From a virus (taxonomy: Duplodnaviria; Caudoviricetes), in IMG/VR virus record IMGVR_UViG_3300015370_000001, positions 1,104 to 65,103 of that record: 64,000 bases of DNA; one strand, 5' to 3'. The translations under genes and the position numbers were made by a program. Under the pieces are notes generated by a model. It had not been told where the DNA came from. It saw only the letters and a list, made by a program, of their open reading frames with translations, and ran no database searches. Position 1 is the first letter of the stretch. Every line of letters begins with the position of its first letter. This document shows, piece after piece, positions 19,456-29,800 of this stretch.

Positions 19456-19539
19456 CGCGGTGAGCCGCGTATGGCAGCCCGGCGGTGTGAGGTGTCGGCT
19501 CGGGCCGCCGGGCTAGCCTACCGATAGGAGGGCCGACAC
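19456..19539 (+). promoter_or_regulatory. Structured RNA / terminator-like element after the capsid gene
   Basis: 10-bp stem AGCCCGGCGG(19476-85)/CCGCCGGGCT(19505-14). Its loop sequence GTGTCGGC can pair with GCCGACAC (19532-39). Confidence 0.5.
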
Positions 19540-19553
19540 GGACAGGAGAGATC

Positions 19554-20165
19554 GTGCCCCTCACACACCCCTGGGGAGTTGACTTCAAGTCCTGGCTACA
19601 GATGCCAGCCGCCGTGGGTGTATCCGACGATCTCCTCCAGCTCATCCTCGTCCAGACGATCCGAGCCGCCAACCGCTACATGCGACGCGCGATCATCGAC
19701 CCCGGAGCCGACGTCACGGAAGACCACGACGGCCAGGGCGACCGCCGCATCTGGGTCAAGCAACCTCCCATCCTCTCGGTCACAGGCCTGTACGACGACC
19801 CCGAACGGGCCTTTGGTGCTGGGACCCTGATCGCAGCCGACCGCTACTACGTGGACGCTGGCCAGGGCATGATCGAGCTACTCTCTCAGCAGGTGTTCGG
19901 GACGGTGTTCGCAACCTCCCAGCGCAACGTGAGGATCATCTATCGGCCGGGCCTGGCCGAGGGCTCCGACGAACTGCTGGACCTGCAGCTGGCCGTGTTC
20001 ATGTGGGCCGCCAAGCTATTCTGGGACTCGGAGAAGAAGCTCCACAACGTCTCGGCTATCAGCAGCACCGCGGGCAACGTGACCCTGCTGATCCGCGAGA
20101 TGCCCAAGGAGGCCCGCGAGATCCTCGACCAACACCGATTCTTCGACTACCCGGATCCAAGCTAA
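19554..20165 (+). CDS. Head-tail adaptor (gp6/gp15-like connector)
   Basis: Follows the capsid gene; FKSWL…RAANRY…RIIYRPG…DLQLAV…MPKEAREILD pattern. Confidence 0.75.
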   Translation: MPLTHPWGVDFKSWLQMPAAVGVSDDLLQLILVQTIRAANRYMRRAIIDPGADVTEDHDGQGDRRIWVKQPPILSVTGLYDDPERAFGAGTLIAADRYYVDAGQGMIELLSQQVFGTVFATSQRNVRIIYRPGLAEGSDELLDLQLAVFMWAAKLFWDSEKKLHNVSAISSTAGNVTLLIREMPKEAREILDQHRFFDYPDPS

Positions 20166-20776
20166 TGGGCATCGGACTCGCCATCGAGTTTGACCCGCGA
20201 AACCCCAAGAAGTTCTTCGCGGACGCGCTTCTCACGGGCATGCCCAAGGCCCTACGTGGGCAGCTGGGCAAGGCCCTGTCGGTGACCGAGCGCGAGGTCA
20301 AACAGTCGATCCGCCGCAAGTTCAAGGGCGGGTCCGAACTGGCTGGGAGCTACTCCCGCAAGTTCGAGCTGGAGACTCCCACGAAGCTCAAGGCTGGCGT
20401 GTTCTCGCGGCTCGTGTACGCCAAGGTGCAGGACCTGGGGACGGCCTACCTACCGGGTGGTGCAATTCGCCCCAAGCCCCCGCTGAAGCGTCTGGCGATC
20501 CCCCTGCTAGACGACCTCAGGGCCGCGGGAATCTGGCCCCGCCACAACTCCCGCGTGATGGAGTTGATCGTCGTCAAGAGCCGCAGCACGGGACAGAAGC
20601 AGGCGCTGCTCGTAGACGCCATGTCACAAGTGCCGATGTACATCCTCGTGCCCGAGACCCGCTTCCGAGGCAAGTTCTACATCGACGCGGCGATCAAGCT
20701 GGCCACGCCCAAGGTCAACAAAATCTTCGGCGGGGTGTTCCCCATGGCCATCACGCGGGGCGGGGGGAAGTCATGA
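20165..20776 (+). CDS. Neck / tail completion protein (HK97 gp10-like)
   Basis: Basic protein with LVYAKVQDLG motif; position; TAATG coupling. Confidence 0.65.
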   Translation: MGIGLAIEFDPRNPKKFFADALLTGMPKALRGQLGKALSVTEREVKQSIRRKFKGGSELAGSYSRKFELETPTKLKAGVFSRLVYAKVQDLGTAYLPGGAIRPKPPLKRLAIPLLDDLRAAGIWPRHNSRVMELIVVKSRSTGQKQALLVDAMSQVPMYILVPETRFRGKFYIDAAIKLATPKVNKIFGGVFPMAITRGGGKS

Positions 20777-21270
20777 CCCGCCGTTCCGACATCATCCGCA
20801 ACCTCCAGTTGGTGCTGGCCTACATCGACCCCACGCACACCAACGCCCCCGTGGGAACCCGTGCGTTCTTGACCACGCTGTCTGCTGCTGGCGTCGAGAC
20901 GGAGACCCAGGAGCCGGACCAGACCACGGGCCCCGAGCGCCCCTACATCGGATTCCGGGACATCGGGCAGACCCCGGGGCCGAAGATGACGTTGGAAAGC
21001 CGAGATGAGATTTTCTTCGAGATCCGCGGCTACCCCAACCTGCGCCTCAGCAAGGACGATCTGCGCACCCAGGTGGACGAGATGATGGCCGACGTCAAGG
21101 CAGCCATCAACCGAGACATCCGGCTCGGCCGCCCGGGCATCGCCGACGACCAGGTGTGTACGTTCGCGCAGACAGAGCGCATCGATACCTCAGACGGCAC
21201 GCTGGAAGACCTCGGGTATTTCCGCTGTCGTTTGCGCGTGGTCTACCACCACCCGATCGGGGAGGAGTGA
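20773..21270 (+). CDS. Putative tail terminator
   Basis: Position before the tail tube gene; P.IG…beta-rich…F.CRLRVVY ending. Confidence 0.6.
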   Translation: MTRRSDIIRNLQLVLAYIDPTHTNAPVGTRAFLTTLSAAGVETETQEPDQTTGPERPYIGFRDIGQTPGPKMTLESRDEIFFEIRGYPNLRLSKDDLRTQVDEMMADVKAAINRDIRLGRPGIADDQVCTFAQTERIDTSDGTLEDLGYFRCRLRVVYHHPIGEE

Positions 21271-21272
21271 CC

Positions 21273-21494
21273 GTGGCCAGCTACCGAAAGGCCCGATACG
21301 TGGGCAAGCCAGACACCCTGCAGATCGCCCACGTGGTGCTTCAGCATGGCCAGGTGTACCGCGTGCCCTCATCCACCGTGGACCGCCACCCCGGCGCCTT
21401 CATCGTGGTGCCCAACTTCACCGCATCCATCGACATCCAGCAGCGCCCTGTGTGGGCCGACCCGCGACAGCGGGCCAAGCTGGTCAAGGAGTAG
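21273..21494 (+). CDS. Small hypothetical virion-region protein
   Basis: GGAGGAG RBS before GTG21273. Confidence 0.55.
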   Translation: MASYRKARYVGKPDTLQIAHVVLQHGQVYRVPSSTVDRHPGAFIVVPNFTASIDIQQRPVWADPRQRAKLVKE

Positions 21495-21500
21495 ACCACC

Positions 21501-22691
21501 ATGGGAGCCGAACAACTCACCGCATTGGGGCGACAGGAGAAGGTCTTCGTCACGGCCGAGGCTAGCTGGGCTACGTTCGTCGTGCCCGTCGCCGCCGACG
21601 CCATCGATCACAACTCGCCGGTCTCCCTGAGCTACAGCCAGGAGCGGGCCGAGCGCATGAGCAAGCAGCCGGACACCCGGTCGCTCATGACCACGGACCT
21701 GGTGACGCGGCGCAAGGAACTGTCCTGGAGCATCCCCTGCGACATCATCCCCTCGGGGACCGCGGGAACGCCCCCAGACGTCCACCTGCTGCTCCTGGCG
21801 GCGTTCGGGGCCTACACCAACACCCCGGCCACCTCCGACGTCTACAGCCTCGACAACAGCCAGCAGCTGCCCTCTGTGCAGATCACCCGTGAGGTCTCGA
21901 ACCTCCAGATGAACGTCCATCAGGGATCGTGGGTGGACGAGGTCGTGATGTCGTGGAGCGGCGCCGAGGAGGGCACGTTCCAGTTCTCCGGCGGCTCCAA
22001 GGACGAGGTCCACACGTTCCGCGCCAACAGCGGTAGCACGGTGGGCGGCAACACCTCCATCGTGCTGGCCCTGGCCCGGTACGACGACCACTTCCAGGAG
22101 AACTCGGTGGTCGCCATCCTCCAGGCAGACGGCACCCTGGACAGCAACGGAGGCGTGGGCTACCGGGTCACCAACGTCAACACCCTGACGCACACACTGA
22201 CCGTGGATGCCATCGTCGTCGCGGCCCACACCAACCGCCCCATCGTGCCCTTCTCCCCGACCAAGACCGTGGTGGGTACGCCGGTCACAGGCATCGTCGG
22301 CACCCTGTCCATCGGCGGTCGCAACTACCGCGTGATCTCCTGCAGCATCACGCTCAACAACGGCACCAAGGCCCTCAACGACGAGTTCGGGTACGACGGC
22401 GTGAGCGACTACCTGATGGGCCCCAGGCGTATCACGGGCAGCATCCAGTTCCGCGTGTACGAGGAGTCCGTCGCGTTGTACCCGGACGCCAAGGCGTTCA
22501 CTCGCACGGCCCTGGTGCTGACCTCTGGCTCGCCGGCCGCGGACGGAACCCAGGTGATCGCGAGCCTGCCCAACATCGAGATCGAGCCGTTCAACGTCGA
22601 TGCACCGGAGACCGAGGAGGGGGTGGTAGACGCCACCTTCCGCGCCCTGGCGAGCACGGCAGAAACCGAAATGGTCCTGTCCTTCCTGTAG
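21501..22691 (+). CDS. Major tail tube protein
   Basis: 396 aa, Thr/Val/Ser-rich beta protein ending in EMVLSFL; precedes the chaperone and tape measure genes. Confidence 0.8.
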   Translation: MGAEQLTALGRQEKVFVTAEASWATFVVPVAADAIDHNSPVSLSYSQERAERMSKQPDTRSLMTTDLVTRRKELSWSIPCDIIPSGTAGTPPDVHLLLLAAFGAYTNTPATSDVYSLDNSQQLPSVQITREVSNLQMNVHQGSWVDEVVMSWSGAEEGTFQFSGGSKDEVHTFRANSGSTVGGNTSIVLALARYDDHFQENSVVAILQADGTLDSNGGVGYRVTNVNTLTHTLTVDAIVVAAHTNRPIVPFSPTKTVVGTPVTGIVGTLSIGGRNYRVISCSITLNNGTKALNDEFGYDGVSDYLMGPRRITGSIQFRVYEESVALYPDAKAFTRTALVLTSGSPAADGTQVIASLPNIEIEPFNVDAPETEEGVVDATFRALASTAETEMVLSFL

Positions 22692-22742
22692 AGATCAACC
22701 CCAGCCATGGCCCCGTGAGGGGGCCCACAAGGAGCCGACACC

Positions 22743-23225
22743 ATGGCACGCAAAGCACCGAGACGCCCCGACTGGGAACGAGTGACGCCAACCTTCGACG
22801 GCCAGCACGAGGACCCCGATCCCGTCACCTGGGAGATACGCGGAATGCCCGGCAAGATCCGCGCGGCCTGGGGTACGGAGATGTGGACCGGCAAGCAGTC
22901 CGCTGGCTCCGAGGACCTCGACGAGGAGCACCGATCCTCCAAGGCCGTGCGCCTGGCCGAGCGCCGCAAGGAGGTCAAGGACGGCGACGCCAACGCGCTC
23001 GAGGGCGTGGCCCCCACTCCCTACGCGCTGGAGCTTGTCATCGAGAACTGCGTGAGACAGATCCGAAACTACGACGACGCGGACGGAAGGCCGATTCGCA
23101 CGGGTCGTGACCTGCTGTCCAAGGGAGACAGCGAAGCCATCACCGAGGCCTATTTCGCGGTGACCGCCCGCACGTTCCTGACGGAGGAGCTGGTAAAAAA
23201 CTTGACCGCGCAGCCCGGTTCCTGA
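22743..23225 (+). CDS. Tail assembly chaperone (G-like)
   Basis: Between tube and tape measure genes; ends …ELVKNL with an A-AAA-AAC slippery site. Confidence 0.8.
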   Translation: MARKAPRRPDWERVTPTFDGQHEDPDPVTWEIRGMPGKIRAAWGTEMWTGKQSAGSEDLDEEHRSSKAVRLAERRKEVKDGDANALEGVAPTPYALELVIENCVRQIRNYDDADGRPIRTGRDLLSKGDSEAITEAYFAVTARTFLTEELVKNLTAQPGS

Positions 23226-23665
23226 CGGCCGAGGCTGCGCAATCGGCGAGAGGCTGGGATTGCGACGACTGCATCGCCAAGGGCTTCGACCTCGTTCGGG
23301 ACTGCGACGGCAGCCGGGGCCCGGATCTGTCGGCGGTGTTTATCCCGATCCCCGGGGCATCAGCCTACTCCCGTTGCCCGCAGGCAGAGATCAACGAGGA
23401 CGCCGACGTGGTGTTCTGGTTGGGCAGATACTTCGACTCGCAGCGAATGAACGTCCAGCACGCGGGGATCGACAACATCCCAGCCATCGAACTCCAGGCG
23501 TTCCGCGTGATCTCCTCAGCCATCGCAGACACCCAGCGACGCGACAACGAGCGGCGGGCCAAGGCCAACGAGAACAGAGGTCAGGGAGCGGGGCGCGTGG
23601 GTGGTCGTGCTACACCTTCTCCGCGCCCTCGTGCCCCACGTCGAAGCGGGCGAAGCAGGCGGTGA
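23195..23665 (+). CDS. -1 frameshift extension of the chaperone (GT-like)
   Basis: Slippery heptamer A AAA AAC at 23195-23201. The -1 frame is open to 23665 (LDRAARFL…WDCDDC…RCPQ…). Confidence 0.8.
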   Translation, partial: KKLDRAARFLTAEAAQSARGWDCDDCIAKGFDLVRDCDGSRGPDLSAVFIPIPGASAYSRCPQAEINEDADVVFWLGRYFDSQRMNVQHAGIDNIPAIELQAFRVISSAIADTQRRDNERRAKANENRGQGAGRVGGRATPSPRPRAPRRSGRSRR

Positions 23666-23668
23666 ACC

Positions 23669-25993
23669 ATGCCGACTGAGGATTACGGTGTTCGCTTCAC
23701 CGCGCAGGATCTGACCCGCAAGGCCGCAACGTCTGCGGTCAAGTCCATCGGCAAGGTCGTTGCGCAGTACGCGGGCATGGCCGCTGGCGTCGTGGGCGTC
23801 ACCGTGGTCACGCGCAAGGCCATCGCTACCATCGGGCAGGCCGTCACCGCAGCGAACGATCAGTCTGTCGCCAACGCCAAGGTGACGGCGGCTCTCAAGC
23901 AAACAGGGCAGTGGAGCCAGGAGACCGAGGATCGGCTGTTCTCCTACGCGACCGAGCTTCAGAACACTCTGGGGATTGCCGACGACCTGACACTCTCGCA
24001 GAACGCGCTGGCCCTGGGCATGGGTGCGACGGCGGAGAGCCTCCCGAAGATCAGCGAGGCCCTAGCCAACGTGGCAGCGGCTGGACTCCCCGCCGAGTCC
24101 ATCCTCCGCGGACTCGTCAGCGCCATGACCAGCGGCGATGCCGCGATGCTGTCGCGCTACATCCCTGCCGTGCGCACGCTGACCAAAGAGCAGCTGATGC
24201 AGGGCGCTGCGACGGACATGCTGCTGGAGTCATTCGGAGGGCTGGCCGCTGCCCAGGCCGGCACGTTCAAGGGCTCCGTGGACATCCTCACTGCGGCCTA
24301 CGGCGACTTCCTCGAACAGGTGGGCTTCGTCATCACCAAGAGCCCCATTGCCAAGGCGGCGATCCAGGAGATTACTAAGGCAATCATCGCGCAGAGCAAG
24401 GCAATAAACGACAACACAGATGCGTATATTACACTGGTAGACGAAGGGGTGATTTATCTAATTGGCGCATCGGCCAAACTGGTACACATCACGGGCCGTA
24501 TTACTGCGAGCGTATTGGAAGCAAGAGTCGCCTATACAGCCCTCTGGGAAACTATCCTCGGCGCGGCTGGAGCAGTAACGTCCGTGCTTTCAAAAATAGA
24601 AGAGATTGGCGCCAGGAACATCGTTAGCGGAAGAGACTTTGCAGAAGAAGGAGAAACGCACTGGGCTAGCATAACAAGGTCAATACGAGAATATCAGTCA
24701 GCCTTTGCGGAAACGTCTACAGACTACTCCGACAGAGCCGCGCTGATGAGGGCGAATACAGACGAAGCAGTCACTTCAATGGGCAGGCATAAGGCTGCGA
24801 TATTGGCCACGGCCGAAGCGTGGCGTGTGTCTCAAGCCAAGGCGGATAAACTATCTGGCGTTGAGGGCGGTGGTGGTTTCAGGGGGCTGACCGAGGAGGC
24901 GGATAAGGCCAAGAAATCCATTGAGGATCTGGCGGAGGAGGCCCTCAAGGCTGAAATCCAGTCGCTTGAGGAAGCGATCCGGATGGTCGAAGAACAGCAG
25001 CGGGGAATCAACGCGCTGGGGCTTTCCGCGAGAGAGGCAGGAGAAGCGGCTACCTTCCTGAGCGGCGAGATCACCCGCATGAGCAACCGCCTCAGCTTCC
25101 TTCGTGGCGAACTGGAAGGGGTAGACGACGAACTGGACCGGATGCTCGATGCATTCACAGTAGCGGGTGAGGCAGGCGGAAGGGTTTTCAACCCCGTCCT
25201 CGGCGCTCTTGTTCAACTGCGTATCGGCCTGGATGCTGCGGCGTTGTCCCTTGAGGAGATCAACCTGCTCTATGAGAAGACAGCGAACTCCAACATACGC
25301 ATGGAGCAGGGACTGAAGTCCGGATCTGACGCGTGGCTGGAGTGGGGCGAGCAGACCAAGAACGTGGCCTTCGACGTCAACAACGTGATGGTCAACACCC
25401 TGCAGTCGGGGATCAACTCGACCTTTTCGTCACTGGGTAACGCCGTCCGCAGCTCGCTGGGGCCCATCGAGGACATGGGCGATGCGTGGAAAGCAGTGGT
25501 GGGAACCATCGCCGACATGGCCGCGCAGATCACGGCCACCATTGTCAGCGCCGCCCTGGCCCAGGGGCTCGCAAATGCGGTCCCCATCGCAGGCAGCGCG
25601 GCCGTGGCAGCTGGCCCAGCGGCTCCCATCGTGTTCGGGGCCGTGCTGGCGACCGTAGCGGCCACCGTGGTCGCGGCCATTGCCGAGGCACAGTCCGCGC
25701 AGTCGCAGATCGGAGCGGCTGAGGGCGGATTCGTGGTCGGCCCCGGTCCTCGCGGTGTGGACTCCGTGCCCGCTGTGCTAGCTCCCGGCGAGGTCGTGCT
25801 ACCCGACGACGTGGTGGCCGTGGTACGCGCTGCTGGACAGATTGTGTCGGGCGGCGCATTGGACCGCGGCGGAAGTAGCCCCACGTTCATCACCCAATCC
25901 CTCGTTCCTGACTCGCCCTACGAGTTCGAGCGCCGGGTGGAGCGCGTGATGCGCCGGCTGTTCAACGACATGCGCGCGAGAAGGGCCTTCTGA
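23669..25993 (+). CDS. Tape measure protein
   Basis: 774 aa, Ala-rich and helical; YGVRFTAQDLT start, C-terminal AEGGFV.GPG.DSVPA.L.PGE.V motif. Confidence 0.92.
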   Translation: MPTEDYGVRFTAQDLTRKAATSAVKSIGKVVAQYAGMAAGVVGVTVVTRKAIATIGQAVTAANDQSVANAKVTAALKQTGQWSQETEDRLFSYATELQNTLGIADDLTLSQNALALGMGATAESLPKISEALANVAAAGLPAESILRGLVSAMTSGDAAMLSRYIPAVRTLTKEQLMQGAATDMLLESFGGLAAAQAGTFKGSVDILTAAYGDFLEQVGFVITKSPIAKAAIQEITKAIIAQSKAINDNTDAYITLVDEGVIYLIGASAKLVHITGRITASVLEARVAYTALWETILGAAGAVTSVLSKIEEIGARNIVSGRDFAEEGETHWASITRSIREYQSAFAETSTDYSDRAALMRANTDEAVTSMGRHKAAILATAEAWRVSQAKADKLSGVEGGGGFRGLTEEADKAKKSIEDLAEEALKAEIQSLEEAIRMVEEQQRGINALGLSAREAGEAATFLSGEITRMSNRLSFLRGELEGVDDELDRMLDAFTVAGEAGGRVFNPVLGALVQLRIGLDAAALSLEEINLLYEKTANSNIRMEQGLKSGSDAWLEWGEQTKNVAFDVNNVMVNTLQSGINSTFSSLGNAVRSSLGPIEDMGDAWKAVVGTIADMAAQITATIVSAALAQGLANAVPIAGSAAVAAGPAAPIVFGAVLATVAATVVAAIAEAQSAQSQIGAAEGGFVVGPGPRGVDSVPAVLAPGEVVLPDDVVAVVRAAGQIVSGGALDRGGSSPTFITQSLVPDSPYEFERRVERVMRRLFNDMRARRAF

Positions 25994-26883
25994 TGGCCGT
26001 ATCCTTTGCCATCGATCCGGCTCTGCTGTCGCTGAGAAACGGCGACCGGCCGGTCATGATCCCCCGCAACGTGATCGTGGACGCCGGCACGGTCATCGCG
26101 AACCAGACTGCGCGATTCACATCCCCCGACCAGTCAAACGCGAGCTACCCCGCGATCAACCTGTATGACCTCACCAGGCGCACACAGTGGCGGTCAGGCG
26201 TCAGCGCACTGACCATGTACATCCTGGTTGACGCTGGCGTTGGAAAGCAGCTCACGGCCTCGTGCCTGATTGTCGAGGGGGATGACGGGCTCTACGCCGG
26301 GCGCACCGTGTCCGTGCGGGTAGGCGATACGCTGGACGGCACAGGTCGAATCACTGTCCCCTTCGTGCTGTCGCCGACGTCCTTTGTCGGGCCTGCTACA
26401 CGAGCCGTGGATCTGTGGGATCGTGAATACCGAGGCCGCTACTGGGAGATCGGAATCACCGCGGGTGTCGCCAACATCATGCGCCTTCGCCAATGCTGGC
26501 TCGGGCTGCAAAAGTTCCTTCCCCACAACTCCCGCGTGCCCTACGACGAAGACGAGCGGTATGGCAGCTCGACGGACGTGCGCGCCACGTCAGGTGGGCG
26601 GACTCGGATCGAGTGGTTCAGGGGATTGGCGCGACACAAGTTCGAGTTCTGGATGAACAACTCTGAGGTGGGGATCAACGCGACCCAGCAGGTCCGCGAC
26701 ACCTACGATGACTCTGATGGATTCCACACGCCGATCTGGTACATCGAGGAGCCGCGTACAGCGCCCAACACGACGTCGAGCCCGTGCTTCCTGGACGAGG
26801 ACTTCCTGGATCTGCCCTCGCAGCTCGCCGCCGACAAACTGTGGACGGGGGTCTTCGAGGAAGACGGCCCCCACATCGACTGA
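25993..26883 (+). CDS. Putative distal tail (Dit-like) protein
   Basis: Immediately follows the tape measure gene; beta-rich. Confidence 0.6.
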   Translation: MAVSFAIDPALLSLRNGDRPVMIPRNVIVDAGTVIANQTARFTSPDQSNASYPAINLYDLTRRTQWRSGVSALTMYILVDAGVGKQLTASCLIVEGDDGLYAGRTVSVRVGDTLDGTGRITVPFVLSPTSFVGPATRAVDLWDREYRGRYWEIGITAGVANIMRLRQCWLGLQKFLPHNSRVPYDEDERYGSSTDVRATSGGRTRIEWFRGLARHKFEFWMNNSEVGINATQQVRDTYDDSDGFHTPIWYIEEPRTAPNTTSSPCFLDEDFLDLPSQLAADKLWTGVFEEDGPHID

Positions 26884-26886
26884 CCC

Positions 26887-29800
26887 ATGCTGCCAACCAC
26901 TTCACTGGCTCAACGGCTCCTTCAGACCGCCGGTATCCGGCCCACTTACGTGGTGCACTTCGGAGACGAGCCTGGAGAGTTCGCGCTGAACCCGAACCAC
27001 ATCGCATCGTTTCTTTACGGCCCCGAGCCACGAGAGCAATTCGCCTTCGCCGCGACCCCGTTGTTGGTACTCGACCCCCCCGGAGGTATCGGACAGGAGC
27101 TGGATCTACTGACGGGCAAGTTCGTGAGCGAGTCCATGACGGTACGCCTGGAGGACCACCCGACGATCCGATCGTTCCTCGCAGCAAACAGGCTGTTCCG
27201 CAAGGACATGGTCGTCTGGGCTGGATTCGACCACGATGACTGGGCGTACACGGATTGGATGCCCGTCTTCCGTGGCGTCATCTCCGGATGGAGGTGGACG
27301 GACGCACTCGAGGTATCCGCGAGACACATCGACGGAACGCACCCGCCGTCGCAGGCCTACGCTAATATCTACAGCGCGACGATCCCGACCAGCACGGCCG
27401 CCGTGATCACGGCAGACACCGTCACGGGTGACGACTACTTCTCCTCCGTGACGCCGCCCCTGAGCCTGATCGAGGACCTGATCGCCATCGCCAACTTCCC
27501 AGCCCGCTTCATCGACGCCACGACTCTGTCCCCAGCCGCCCACGACGACCTCTCCCACCTCAGGGTATCGGCCTTCAACTACTGGCTGGCCAATAGGAGG
27601 ATTGGGAACACCCAGGAGATATGGGACGCCATCTCGGAGGTAGCGTTCCTGTGCCGAGCGTTCATTCGATTCGATGAGACGGGCACGCTCAAGTTACAGC
27701 GCGTCTCGACTCTCACCCCGGCCGTGATGGAGTTCGGCCCCGATGAGTTGGTTGACGATTGCTACGTCGTCGAGATGTCCGAGGCCGAGGTCGTCACGTC
27801 CATCCAGATCAACACCTCGCGGATCACGGAGATCGAGACGTGGGATCACTTGAGTGGAATCCCAAGCAACGATACCGAGTTCGCTGTCAAGCTGCAGATG
27901 GACGACCACGCCAAGAAGCTCGATTGGGGGTATTCGGGACTCGAAGCCGTCTCGCAGCGGCTCCAAGTCGACGACAACTGGTTCGGCGCCATAGGTGCCC
28001 ATTGCCTCTTTGCGGCCGACCCACCGTGGACCACGGCCTGCACTACCATGGACATCTTCCCGTTCCCGCAGGACCCCCTCAGCGAGGGGACGGCCCTGAC
28101 GCTGGATGCAGCCAACGGCGTAGGGTGGCCTGGAGTGGGAGCCCTGGTCAACGGCATCAGTGCCGAGCGCCCTGTCTACCTGGCCCTGGTGGAGCCCGTC
28201 ATCGGCGCCATGGCTATCATGAAATACGAGGGCGCGGCTACCCTGACCATCCCGGGCAGCGGGTTCTGTGCCGATCTGCACATGACGGGCGGATCGTTCG
28301 TGGGCGGTGACGCCACTCTGACCGCTGCCCTCCCGCTTCAATTCATGGTGTTTGACATCACGGCGCCCTACCTCCTGGGCAAGCACCTCCTGGAGATCTA
28401 CAGCGAATCTGCCTCCAAAATCTCGTGCCGCACCAGGCCCCATACGTACCCCGTGCAGGTGGGCGACTTCGTCACGCTGGACACATCCCGCTACGTGGAC
28501 TTCGGTCTTACAGGAGATCCCGGGCCCACGAAATTCATCGTGCTACGCAAGTCCGTGGACCCCAGCGATCTCAGCATCGAGTGGATACTTCAGCGCACGA
28601 ATCTGCAGGTGCCCACGATCGACGTCAACGACGCCACGGCTATCAACGACATCAGCATTGGGACCTCAGGCGGGTGGTCTGGCAGCAGGTATCAGACGGT
28701 AGCAGGGCAGACGGGGCTCGCCGACGCGGGCTTTGTTCAGCACGTCCCCAGTACGGCAGGGCTACTCGGCCCGACCATGCCCGCGGCGCTCACGCATACC
28801 ATCGAGGCAGGGTTCTACGTCATCGAGAAGTGGTCCGCGTACAGTCCGCAGTTCGACCACACGTACACGGCCAACAAGGACACGTGGTGCTACGTGGGCG
28901 GAGGGGCCCGTCAGTGCAGCGTGTCCCCTGCGTGGACGTTCATCGAGGTGGCCAAGGGGGCAGCAAGGCCAGCCACCCCAGCTGGCGCATTCACGGTCAT
29001 GCGAGTCCGTACGAGCGGAACCGCGATCACCGAGGTATTGGATTTCCGCAACAAAGGCCTCGTGGACAAGAGGAGCCTTGCTGCCTCCGAGCAGCTCGGC
29101 ACGTGGCGCCTGGAATCCATGCACCCGTCCACCATCGACGGCCTGGATCTGAGCGTGACAGGGGGGTCACTCACGGAGACCCTCTCGGCCGGTATCGTCC
29201 ACTCCAACGGCAAGAGGGCGCGTCGCCCGCAGGACGAGATCGTCACACTCACGGCAAGCCGCATCGCCTTCTTCGACGCGGACGAGGACGGCGTGCTGGC
29301 GGTGACCGAGGTGGCCCTCGGAAGCGACGAGCCCCTCCTGGCCACGGACTCCACGCGGGTCGGCGTGGCCATCACGAACGGCGCGGGCGTCACCAACTGG
29401 TTCAAGTTCCCGATGGAGCGGCCGTGCTCGTCGATGGCCCTCAACCCCCAGGCCGTGCGGGACGGGTTCGCGCCCAACGGGTTGCTTGACGACTACGACG
29501 TGGACACCGGCAAGCCCATGGGGTGGGACTGGACGCAGGGAGCGAACGCCGTCCTCTCCGTGGTGACATCAGCCGTCAAGGCGGGCCGGTATGGAGTCGA
29601 GGCCAACATCAAGTCGACGGCCACGCAGAGCGACATCTGGTCCGACGTGTTCCCGATTGCGACGCTCGGAACCTACACCCTGGATGTCATCTACTCGACG
29701 ACGGGGTACGTCCGAGGACCCTACGCTAACATCGGGTGGGAGTTCTTCGACCGTTACGGAGTCAGCCTCGGAACCCGCTTCCTCGTTCTCACGGTGGCCT

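Noticed and set aside
16672-19672. Long minus-strand ORFs (16672-18177, 17001-18053, 17984-19672) opposite the scaffold and capsid genes
   Set aside because: Shadow ORFs expected in high-GC coding DNA; no motifs, and the plus-strand genes have clear family signatures.
21501-22691. Contractile tail sheath
   Set aside because: Size and composition fit a tube protein; no sheath or baseplate J/wedge genes were recognised.
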